42,826 nt of DNA from Pseudomonadota bacterium (lineage in GTDB: Bacteria; Desulfobacterota; Desulfobulbia; Desulfobulbales; DAOVYS01): positions 1-42,826 of the forward strand of contig DAOVYS010000001.1 of assembly GCA_030635485.1 (NCBI GenBank), in the 5' to 3' direction. Shown in pieces: positions 15,624 to 23,998 of this stretch; within the stretch, counting starts at the first letter, position 1, and each line of letters starts with the position of its first letter. A program made the position numbers and the translations under genes. The notes beneath the pieces are model-generated. The model worked only from the letters and a program-made list of their open reading frames with translations, ran no database searches and was not told the origin of the DNA.

Positions 15624-15703
15624 CCTTCACCCCTATCGGGGTTTTACCAATACAGTATTTATTGGGTATAAAGGGCAGAGCTAGGCAACATGGTTTGATA
15701 GTC

Positions 15704-17998
15704 ATGCCAGAGAAGAAACTGGTTGCAAGAAGGCTCAATGTCAATGGTATTGTGCAGGGCGTTGGGTTCAGGCCCTTTGTGTGTCGATTGGCGGCCTGTC
15801 ACCGGATTGCGGGTGACGTGGCCAACACATCTTCCGGTGTATCCATTCATATAGAAGGGGCGTATGAGAGTATTGAGGCGTTCTGCCTGGATATTTCAAA
15901 AGATCCCCCTCCTCTTGCAAATATTATTGAGGTCTCAATCCATCCCGAGCCTGTTCAGGGTTGTACGGATTTTTCGATTGTCAAAAGCAGATCCGGTATC
16001 AATTCATCCACGTTGATCTCTCCGGATGTGTCGATCTGTAAAGACTGCCTTTTCGAACTGTTTGACCCTGAAAATCGGCGGTATCAATATCCGTTTATCA
16101 ACTGCACGAATTGTGGCCCCAGATACACCATAATTGAAAAAATTCCTTACGACAGGCCCTACACCTCCATGAAATCTTTTGTGATGTGCAAAAGATGTCA
16201 GGCGGAATATGACGATGTCATGGACAGACGGTTTCATGCCCAGCCGAACGCGTGTCATAAATGCGGTCCAGAGGTCAGGCTTTACGACGCTTCCGGCTCA
16301 AAAATGGATGTCGAGGATCCGGTCAAGATGAGCGCAATGCTCCTCAAACAGGGCAAGATAGTGGCAATAAAGGGGCTGGGCGGCTTTCATCTGGCAGTTG
16401 ATGCGGAGAACAGCGACGCGGTTCGGACTTTAAGAAAGAGAAAGCAGCGTGAGGAAAAGCCTTTTGCCGTCATGTCATTCGATCTGGAACGGATCAGAGG
16501 ATATGCCAGGGTGGAATCCGTGGACGAGGCGTTTCTCACTTCGCCCCAGCGTCCGATCGTGATTTTAAGAAAAAAGGAGTCGAATTCCCTTGCCGCACAG
16601 GTTGCTCCTCAAAACAGCTGTTTTGGCGTAATGCTTCCGTATACGCCCCTTCACTATCTTCTTTTAAATAACGGTTTCACAGCCCTTGTAATGACCAGCG
16701 GGAATTTGAGCGACGAGCCGATCTGCATTAACAACGAGGAGGCGTTTGACCGTCTTTCAGGGGTTGCGGATTATTTTTTGATTCATAACAGGGAGATATA
16801 TCTAAGGAGCGATGATTCAATTGTGACGTCTCTGGCAGGCACACCCAGTTTCATACGCAGGTCAAGGGGTTATGTCCCGGCGCCTCTTTTTTTAAAGCAG
16901 AGTACACCACGGATATTGGCCTGCGGAGCGGAACTCAAGAACACGGTCTGTTTTGCCGTAAAAGGGCGGGCCTTTTTAAGCCAGCATATCGGAGACCTTG
17001 AAAACCTTGAGACCTTTGAGTTTTTCAAGATGACCATCGAACATATGAAAGGGGTTCTTGATCTGAACCCTGAAATCATAGCCCACGATCTTCATCCTGA
17101 TTACATGAGTACCAGGTTTGCGTTGGAGCAGGATGGGATGACTCGAGTCGGCGTCCAGCATCATCATGCGCATATAGTGAGTTGCATGGCAGAGAACCGG
17201 CTGGACGGACCTGTGATCGGGCTTGCATTTGACGGGACGGGTTTCGGCAATGACGGAAAAATCTGGGGAGGCGAGATACTTATTTGCGAATACTCCAAAT
17301 TCGTGAGAGCCGGTCACATCTCGTATGTGCCGATGCCGGGAAGCGCTGCCGCGATAAAGGAGCCTTGGCGTATGGCCTTGAGCTACCTTTATGACGCCTT
17401 TGGCCGGGATTTTTATAACCTTGATCTTCCGTTTTTAAAAGGTCTTGACCGCAACAGGGTGAAGATAGTAATCGATATGATTGACAAGGGTGTAAATTCG
17501 CCGGCGACATCAAGCCTGGGCCGTCTCTTTGACGGAATTGCCGCGATCGTCGGGATCAGGAACAAGGTTGGGTTTGAGGGCCAGGCCGCAATGGAGCTTG
17601 AGATGCTGATAAAAGGCCCTGAACAGTTAAGGAGATCAGCCAAAACCTATGATTACGAATGGATTTACAGAGATATCCACACAATTCCGCCCGAGCCCAT
17701 TGTGCGCGGCGTAGTCAAAGACGTGGAACACTCTGTTGATCCCGTGGAGATAAGTTTAAAGTTTCATCTGACGATTATCAGGCTTTTTTCAGAACTCTGC
17801 GATACGATTCGTAAAGAGCAGGGGCTTTGCCGGGTGGTATTGAGCGGAGGGGTGTTTCAGAATTCAATACTTCTGTCCGGACTGAAACAGGAGCTTATTG
17901 AGAAAAAATTTAAGGTATTCACCCATTCAATGGTGCCTCCAAATGATGGAGGCATTTCATTGGGCCAGGCAGTGGTGGCGGCAGCTATCGCGGCTTGA
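15704..17998 (+). CDS. hypF: Carbamoyltransferase HypF.
   Basis: It has an acylphosphatase domain (VNGIVQGVGFRPFV), two Zn-finger pairs (CKDC...CTNCGPRYT; CKRC...CHKCGP), and YrdC-like and Kae1-like domains. Homology starts at MPEKKLVARRL. The track ORF start at 15473 reads through a palindromic repeat. Confidence 0.92.
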   Translation: MPEKKLVARRLNVNGIVQGVGFRPFVCRLAACHRIAGDVANTSSGVSIHIEGAYESIEAFCLDISKDPPPLANIIEVSIHPEPVQGCTDFSIVKSRSGINSSTLISPDVSICKDCLFELFDPENRRYQYPFINCTNCGPRYTIIEKIPYDRPYTSMKSFVMCKRCQAEYDDVMDRRFHAQPNACHKCGPEVRLYDASGSKMDVEDPVKMSAMLLKQGKIVAIKGLGGFHLAVDAENSDAVRTLRKRKQREEKPFAVMSFDLERIRGYARVESVDEAFLTSPQRPIVILRKKESNSLAAQVAPQNSCFGVMLPYTPLHYLLLNNGFTALVMTSGNLSDEPICINNEEAFDRLSGVADYFLIHNREIYLRSDDSIVTSLAGTPSFIRRSRGYVPAPLFLKQSTPRILACGAELKNTVCFAVKGRAFLSQHIGDLENLETFEFFKMTIEHMKGVLDLNPEIIAHDLHPDYMSTRFALEQDGMTRVGVQHHHAHIVSCMAENRLDGPVIGLAFDGTGFGNDGKIWGGEILICEYSKFVRAGHISYVPMPGSAAAIKEPWRMALSYLYDAFGRDFYNLDLPFLKGLDRNRVKIVIDMIDKGVNSPATSSLGRLFDGIAAIVGIRNKVGFEGQAAMELEMLIKGPEQLRRSAKTYDYEWIYRDIHTIPPEPIVRGVVKDVEHSVDPVEISLKFHLTIIRLFSELCDTIRKEQGLCRVVLSGGVFQNSILLSGLKQELIEKKFKVFTHSMVPPNDGGISLGQAVVAAAIAA

Positions 17999-18003
17999 GA
18001 TTG

Positions 18004-18113
18004 GTAAGCGGTCACAGGCGGCGCATCTGCACGTGATCAGGACAACCGGCATAGGTAGAGCTATAAGCCGGTCGCCCTGATCACGCACACCTGCACCACC
18101 TGTGACCGCTTAC
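18004..18113. repeat. Family B structured repeat, copy B2 (110-bp near-perfect palindrome, 5' module).
   Basis: The outer arms are GTAAGCGGTCACAGG...CCTGTGACCGCTTAC. The inner stem is CGTGATCAGGACAACCGGCATAG...CTATAAGCCGGTCGCCCTGATCACG. Confidence 0.88.
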
Positions 18114-18135
18114 GAGATTGTTGCGTATCGGCTGA

Positions 18136-18519
18136 TCAGTATTTTTTTCGCTCATCCTGACCGATGAATCCGGTGATGCGCAAGCCCAGATGGTTGTCCA
18201 CTACAACGACCTCGCCCAAGGCGAATAACGTATTGTTGACGTACAATTTCGAAGTGCCGCCTGCCACCGTGTTAAGTTCAATCGTTGAACCTTCTCTCAT
18301 GTGCAGGATGTCGTTAATAGTCAGTTTGGAGTCGCCGAGTTCAGCTTTGATCTTCATTGGAATGTCCATGAAAAAGTCCAAGGCCTGATTCTCGGGCTGC
18401 CTGGATTTATCCTGGGACGTATCGGCAAAATCAACTGACTTGGGCTCGGAGGACGGGCTGTTTCCGTTCGTCTGGTCTGAATCGTGGTCAAAATCTGATG
18501 GATGTGTTTCTTCAGCCAT
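18136..18519 (-). CDS. FliN/SpoA-domain (flagellar switch / T3SS SpaO-type) family protein, stand-alone, with an acidic disordered N-terminus.
   Basis: The C-terminal ~75 aa, IPMKIKAELGDSKLTINDILHMREGSTIELNTVAGGTSKLYVNNTLFALGEVVVVDNHLGLRITGFI, match the FliN C-terminal consensus. Confidence 0.75.
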   Translation of the reverse strand: MAEETHPSDFDHDSDQTNGNSPSSEPKSVDFADTSQDKSRQPENQALDFFMDIPMKIKAELGDSKLTINDILHMREGSTIELNTVAGGTSKLYVNNTLFALGEVVVVDNHLGLRITGFIGQDERKKY

Positions 18520-18682
18520 TTTTTATATCTATTAGTGGTGTTTTTTAGTTTTTAAAAAGCTCTTGCTTCTTAATTTATATATCGTCATGTTTCCCGGTTT
18601 CTTTATTCGACTTTCTATATATTATGAATATAATTTGCCTGTAATTCAACGATAAAAAGAATTTTTTCAGGAATTTGGTGAA

Positions 18683-19771
18683 ATGTCCAAAAAATATATG
18701 GATGAATACCGGGATCCGGAGATCGCCGGCAAGATTGCCGAAGATATCAGGAAACTTGTTTCAAAAGAGGTCAGGTTTATGGAGGTGTGCGGAACGCATA
18801 CAATGTCCATATTTCGAAGCGGAATCAGGACTATTTTGCCTGAGTCAATATCTCTTCTCTCAGGGCCGGGATGTCCGGTATGCGTCACGGCGCAGAGTGA
18901 AATCAACGCCTTTATCGAAATTGCCCGTATGGACGATGTTATTGTCACAACTTTCGGCGACCTTATGAAGGTCCCTGGAACCGACTCGTCACTCCAGGAG
19001 GAACGGGCAAACGGGCGTGATATCCGCATTGTATATTCCGCAAATGATGCAATTCGGATTGCCGGGAAAAATCCGGATAAAAAGGTAGTGTTCCTTGGCG
19101 TGGGATTTGAGACCACGGCTCCTACAATAGCTGCTTCAATACTTGTTGCAAGTCGGATGAAATTAAACAATTTTTTAGTCTATTCGGCTCACAAGCTTGT
19201 TCCGCCTGCGCTTGCCGCACTTCTTGAGGCCGAAAAGGTCGAACTCGACGGGTTCCTGCTTCCGGGCCATATCTCCGTAATTATCGGCTCTGATGCATAC
19301 GTTCCGATTGTTGAAAAATATCATATGCCGAGTGTGGTGGCAGGATTTGAGCCGGTCGATCTTCTTTATGCGATATTGATGCTTGTTGAGCAGATAAGAG
19401 ACAATGCGGTGCGTGTGGATAACGCATATCCCAGGGCCGTGACCCGGGAAGGGAATGAGCGGGCAAAGAAAATTCTTTCGGATGTCTTTGATACTGTTGA
19501 TGCAGCTTGGCGCGGAATCGGGATAATTGCAGGGAGCGGACTTGTGATACGGGATGAATTTTCATCCCATGACGCTCGGAAAGTACTTGATGTGCCGCTT
19601 CGTGAAGTTGAAGATCCAAAGGGATGTTGCTGTGGTGACATATTGACGGGCGTCAAGATTCCACCCGCATGTCCGCTTTATAAAAAGATCTGTACGCCGA
19701 TAAACCCGGTCGGGCCGTGCATGGTTTCAACCGAAGGGACCTGCGCAGCCTACTACAGATATCAGGAGTGA
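18683..19771 (+). CDS. hypD: Hydrogenase formation protein HypD.
   Basis: Motifs seen are MEVCGTHT, GPGCPVCV, FLGVGFETTAP and PGHISVI, plus C-terminal Cys motifs CCCGDIL...CPLY...CMVSTEGTCAAYY. Confidence 0.93.
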   Translation: MSKKYMDEYRDPEIAGKIAEDIRKLVSKEVRFMEVCGTHTMSIFRSGIRTILPESISLLSGPGCPVCVTAQSEINAFIEIARMDDVIVTTFGDLMKVPGTDSSLQEERANGRDIRIVYSANDAIRIAGKNPDKKVVFLGVGFETTAPTIAASILVASRMKLNNFLVYSAHKLVPPALAALLEAEKVELDGFLLPGHISVIIGSDAYVPIVEKYHMPSVVAGFEPVDLLYAILMLVEQIRDNAVRVDNAYPRAVTREGNERAKKILSDVFDTVDAAWRGIGIIAGSGLVIRDEFSSHDARKVLDVPLREVEDPKGCCCGDILTGVKIPPACPLYKKICTPINPVGPCMVSTEGTCAAYYRYQE

Positions 19772-19780
19772 GGAGGGGCG

Positions 19781-19820
19781 AGTGACTAGTGACTAATGAT
19801 TAGTGACTAATGGCTAATGA
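19781..19820. repeat. Short tandem repeat rich in stop codons (GTGACTA / CTAATG units).
   Basis: The sequence AGTGACTAGTGACTAATGATTAGTGACTAATGGCTAATGA lies between the convergent hypD and the REC-kinase gene. Confidence 0.75.
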
Positions 19821-19854
19821 GGGATGAAATATTGTGACTGGTTGCGGCGGAATC

Positions 19855-20910
19855 TTATATCGGGAGCCTGATTTTAATGGTTGTGCCTGTTCCTTTTTTG
19901 CTTTTTACATGGATAGTGCCCTTGTGGCTTTTGACGGTCTTGTCTGCAAATGCGAGTCCCAGCCCCGGGCCATATGTCTTGGAAGAAAAAAACGGGTCAA
20001 AGATGTTTTTGAGCTTGTCCCGCGGTATGCCTTTGCCTGAATCGGTTATTTTTATTTCAAAAAAATTTTCGTTTTCCAATGCCGTTGAAATCGTAATGAA
20101 CCCTGCCTTGTTCTGAATCGATTCTGCCGCGTTGTCAATAATGTTAAAAATAGTCTTCTCAATGTTTGGCCTGTCAATATGAAGAAGGGGGAGGTCTTCC
20201 AGGAGGTCTGTCTTGACCTCGATCTTTTTTTCTTTAAACATATCGTCGTGGAGCTGGAGTGCATCGACGATTATCTCATTTATGTCGCAGGGCTCAACGT
20301 AAGAGATGTTGGCATTTTTTAGTCCCACAAGATGTTCAACCATTTTTTCCAGAACTTCCACGTTCCGGAGTATGATATCCATGTATTTCTTCTCCCTGCT
20401 GCCGTCCGGGAGGCTTTTTTTGACCCTTCTTGCAAAACCTCCGATTGAGACGAGGGGATTTCGTATCTCGTGGGCCATCTCGTCGGTTACATATTCGAGA
20501 GCCTCGACTTTTTCCTCCTCAACATATTTTTCCCCTTCCTCTTTCCTGGCAAGGATCGATTTGGCCCTGGCCGCAATTTCCTTGAACTCGAACGGTTTGG
20601 CAATATAATCGTCAGCGCCTGCTTCAAGGCCCGTTACAGTGTCTAAGGTTTCGTTTTTTGAAGTGAGCATTATTACTGGGATCTGTTTTGTCCTCTTGCT
20701 CGCCTTTAGCCTCCTGCACACCTCAAAGCCGTTCAATTTCGGCATCATTATGTCCAGAAAGATCAGGTCCGGCTGGTATTCTTCAACCTTTATGAGACAT
20801 TCTTCCCCGTCAAACGCCTCTGCCGTATCATATCCTAAAGAGGTGAATCTTTTTTTGAGAAGCTCGACTATTACCGGATTGTCGTCAACAATGAGGATTT
20901 TGTTCTTCAT
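19855..20910 (-). CDS. Response-regulator receiver fused to a histidine kinase (REC-HisKA-HATPase_c), with no sensor domain.
   Basis: The REC region is ILIVDDN...DLIFLDIMMPKLNGFE...MLTS...AKP. The H-box is MAHEIRNPL. The N and G boxes are IIDNAAES, DSGKGIP and GPGLGLA. Confidence 0.9.
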   Translation of the reverse strand: MKNKILIVDDNPVIVELLKKRFTSLGYDTAEAFDGEECLIKVEEYQPDLIFLDIMMPKLNGFEVCRRLKASKRTKQIPVIMLTSKNETLDTVTGLEAGADDYIAKPFEFKEIAARAKSILARKEEGEKYVEEEKVEALEYVTDEMAHEIRNPLVSIGGFARRVKKSLPDGSREKKYMDIILRNVEVLEKMVEHLVGLKNANISYVEPCDINEIIVDALQLHDDMFKEKKIEVKTDLLEDLPLLHIDRPNIEKTIFNIIDNAAESIQNKAGFITISTALENENFFEIKITDSGKGIPRDKLKNIFDPFFSSKTYGPGLGLAFADKTVKSHKGTIHVKSKKGTGTTIKIRLPI

Positions 20911-21032
20911 CCCTACCCCAGATAAACTAGAATTTTTAAAGGTCCTGGACTCTTTTCAGTACCCCCTTGAGGGGTGAAAAAACGCAGAAAATATTTTCTA
21001 AGGTACTAAAAATTCTCCATGCCGGCCCGCCA

Positions 21033-23921
21033 CTATTCCCGGACAGGCCTTATAACTATTACCGCAATTTTTGGGTTCTCCAGGTATTTTGCCGCAAGCT
21101 TTGAAACGTCTGTGACCGTGATGGCTGCGTAGTCCTCTTCAATGGTCCTGCTCCAGTCAAGTTGCACGGGGTGTCTTTTTGAAAGGTTCATAACAGTGCT
21201 CAGCCAGTATCGGTTTGTCCGCATCATGTCCTTAATGGTTGTTCGAACCGGGTCAAGTGAGCGCTTTAACTCATCCTCCGTGATCCCGTTTGCCGCCAGG
21301 TCGGATGAAATTCTTTTTATCTCGCTGATCATGGCATTCGTTATCTTCGGGTCTATGACAAGGACTGATTTGAACACCCCGTAACCGTTATAGGTTCTGC
21401 TTGGATCGTTATAGGCGTATGGAGAATAGGCTGCGCCTAGTTTTTCTCGGATCTCGTTTCTCATCCGTTCGGTAAAGACGTGGCCCAGTGCGGAAAGGCG
21501 GCGGGTTCGCGAGATGTCCCAGAAGTCCTCAGTGGGCCAGGCAATTACAATCATGGCTTTATCAATCGTTGTATCAACGTCAATAAAAATCTCTTTGCCC
21601 GCTGGAAAGTCTATCCGTTCTTTTACATCTTCCGGTTTTGTCCCGTAAGGAAGTGAACCGAAATATCGGGCAGCAAGATCGATCGCGGTTTCCTGGTCAA
21701 AATCTCCGATTATCGAGAGTTCAAAACAGCCCTTTTTGAGTTCAGGCTCAATCCAGTTTCTGATCTGACTGAGAGTCAATCTTGAAAATTCCTCATAAGG
21801 AGGTATGCCGAAACGGCTGTCACCTCCTGCAAGGAAATTTTTCCCATAGAGTTCCATGGCGCCGTCGATAGAATGGCTGAAACCGGCATACATCTGGGCA
21901 AATTGGTGCATGGCCAGATGAAACGCGTCGTTACGGAATCCAGGGTCAACCACATGTGCGTAAAGGAGCTGAAAGAGCAACGCAAGTTCCTTTGAAACCG
22001 TGCTTCCGGAAAAGCTGAAGCTCTCTTCGTTGATCTGAAATACGGCAAAGGTGTTTTTGCCGGCAAGAGCCCTCTCAAGTTCATCTCTGTCAAGAGTCCC
22101 CAGCCCGCTCTGATTCACGACCTCTTCAGCCAGCATTGCAAGACCTGGAATCGGTTCTTTTTTCCTGCCTTTGCCAAAACTTAAGGTGCAGACAACCTCG
22201 TTTTCCTTGAAATCGGTCTTTTTAAGATTCAGACGGATGCCGTTTGGAAAATCGATCTGCTCAATTCCCAGATCAGGTATTTTTTTCATGTGAAGAATGG
22301 GGCCCGGTGCGACCGGTTCATCAAGATAGGGAAAGGTTACTTTTCTCTCCTCTTCACCTTTTTTTACCTGCCTTTCAAGCGATGTCTCAAAGGTCTCAAG
22401 GATTACATCCTCGGGTTTTTTGTCAGGTCTTTTAATCTCCGTGTTTCCGGTGATCAGGATGAGTCTGTGCGCGTGGTCCCAGGTTTTTTTAAAGGTATCG
22501 TTGATTTGGCCCGGTGTAACTGATTTGATAAAGGGCCTGTACAGGTCTCTCTCCTGCTCCGGTGACTGAAAGACCTTGTCGTCGGTTAGATTGTCAATGA
22601 TCCTTCTGGTGAGTTCCCGGCTGTTTCGAGTTTTTTTCTCTAAAACCGCGGAGTCGAGGTCAGCGATCAGCTCCTTTTTCACGCGGTCGAGTTCTGTTTC
22701 GGAAAATCCGTACATGATTGCCTGTCGCATGGTGTACGAGAGGGCCTTAAGGGTCTCTTCCCATTTTTCAGGGGCGGATATCCCGTAAAGCTTTGCATAC
22801 CCCAGCTGATTCAAGAAAATCCCGGAATATGCGGATGCGGATGTGAATGGAGACTTGGGTTTTCTGGCCATGGTGTCAAGTCTGTTTCGTAATATGCTGT
22901 CCGCAATGTAGCTGGTCAGGAGTTGCTTTTGAAACGCCGCGGAGTCGGGGCGTGGAGTAGTGCTCCATGCCGCCTGGATCGCGATTTCAGTATTTCCCGC
23001 CTCCTTTTCATAGTGGTAAAAGCTTTTGTTCCCCTTGTGGCTGACTTTGCCGATGTCAGGGCATTTGGCGGGCGCACTCCGTGCGGAGAGATCGAAGAAA
23101 CGTTTTTTGATAAGGGATTCTAAAGTGTTGACGGAAAAATCGCCTGCAGCCACAAGAATCATATTATCAGGCCTGTACCAGCCATCGTAAAATTGTTTTA
23201 TCATGTCTCTGTCAACATTTCTGATCACCTTTTCTTTGCCTATGGGAAATCTTTTGGAGTGTTTTGAACCATCATAGACAAATTTTGTGGAAGCGACCCA
23301 GGTTCGATAAGCCACGGAATCCCTTGCCTGCTTTTCAGCAAGCACAACCCCGCGTTCGCGGTCGATCTCGGAATCAAGAAGCAGTGCCCCGCCCGCATAG
23401 TCCCTCATAACCAGGAGCCCTTTTTTCAGGTCTTTATCGGATCCGGAGGGCAGTAGCAGATCGTACACGGTTTTTGAAAAGCCGGTTGCGGCATTTGCGT
23501 CCGCCCCGAACCGCATACCGATTGACTGGAAATATTTAATGAGTTCGCCTGGAGGAAAGTGTTCAGACCCGTTAAAGAGCATATGTTCCAGGAAATGGGC
23601 TAACCCCTGCTGTTCGTCTGTCTCGTTTAAGGATCCGGCTGAGACGACCAGATGCATGCTCACGCGGTCCCTGGGTTCTCGGTTTTCAAGAAGCACGTAC
23701 CTGAAACCGTTTTCCAGCCTGCCGAAAATAAGGTCCGGATCAGGCGGGAGCTCACTTTTTTCGTGGGGCCAGACGGTTGAAAGGCAGGGCCTGGTTCCGG
23801 GCGTGGACGCGGTAAGGTTGCCGGGGGCTTCTGAATTGGAATGGCCGGCATATGATGTCGGTGGGATGTGAAAGGTGAAAACAAAAAGGAGGGTAAGTAG
23901 AAAAGTGAAAATGGAAGTCAT
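21033..23921 (-). CDS. Secreted M16 (insulinase/pitrilysin, PqqL-like) zinc peptidase with two fused M16 halves, 962 aa.
   Basis: It has an N-terminal signal peptide (MTSIFTFLLTLLFVFTFHIPPTSYA) and the inverted zinc motif HFLEHMLFNGSEHF. Its length and repeated M16 architecture fit the family. Confidence 0.9.
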   Translation of the reverse strand: MTSIFTFLLTLLFVFTFHIPPTSYAGHSNSEAPGNLTASTPGTRPCLSTVWPHEKSELPPDPDLIFGRLENGFRYVLLENREPRDRVSMHLVVSAGSLNETDEQQGLAHFLEHMLFNGSEHFPPGELIKYFQSIGMRFGADANAATGFSKTVYDLLLPSGSDKDLKKGLLVMRDYAGGALLLDSEIDRERGVVLAEKQARDSVAYRTWVASTKFVYDGSKHSKRFPIGKEKVIRNVDRDMIKQFYDGWYRPDNMILVAAGDFSVNTLESLIKKRFFDLSARSAPAKCPDIGKVSHKGNKSFYHYEKEAGNTEIAIQAAWSTTPRPDSAAFQKQLLTSYIADSILRNRLDTMARKPKSPFTSASAYSGIFLNQLGYAKLYGISAPEKWEETLKALSYTMRQAIMYGFSETELDRVKKELIADLDSAVLEKKTRNSRELTRRIIDNLTDDKVFQSPEQERDLYRPFIKSVTPGQINDTFKKTWDHAHRLILITGNTEIKRPDKKPEDVILETFETSLERQVKKGEEERKVTFPYLDEPVAPGPILHMKKIPDLGIEQIDFPNGIRLNLKKTDFKENEVVCTLSFGKGRKKEPIPGLAMLAEEVVNQSGLGTLDRDELERALAGKNTFAVFQINEESFSFSGSTVSKELALLFQLLYAHVVDPGFRNDAFHLAMHQFAQMYAGFSHSIDGAMELYGKNFLAGGDSRFGIPPYEEFSRLTLSQIRNWIEPELKKGCFELSIIGDFDQETAIDLAARYFGSLPYGTKPEDVKERIDFPAGKEIFIDVDTTIDKAMIVIAWPTEDFWDISRTRRLSALGHVFTERMRNEIREKLGAAYSPYAYNDPSRTYNGYGVFKSVLVIDPKITNAMISEIKRISSDLAANGITEDELKRSLDPVRTTIKDMMRTNRYWLSTVMNLSKRHPVQLDWSRTIEEDYAAITVTDVSKLAAKYLENPKIAVIVIRPVRE

Positions 23922-23998
23922 GTGAACCCTGAATTTCTTGTTCGATATTCTGCGGTTCAGACTGGAAATTTATTGAACCGGTGGTTAGTTGGCCATGC

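Noticed and set aside
15473-15703. A 77-codon N-terminal extension of hypF as drawn in the ORF track.
   Set aside because: The extension is read straight through a palindromic repeat with perfect 30-bp arms. HypF homology (the acylphosphatase domain) begins only at the Met at 15704.
15387-15744. ORFs 15387..15671 (+) and 15424..15744 (-) in the hypC-hypF spacer.
   Set aside because: Both are artefacts of the inverted repeat: they share the peptide YSRCASATG on opposite strands. They have no SD and no known domain.
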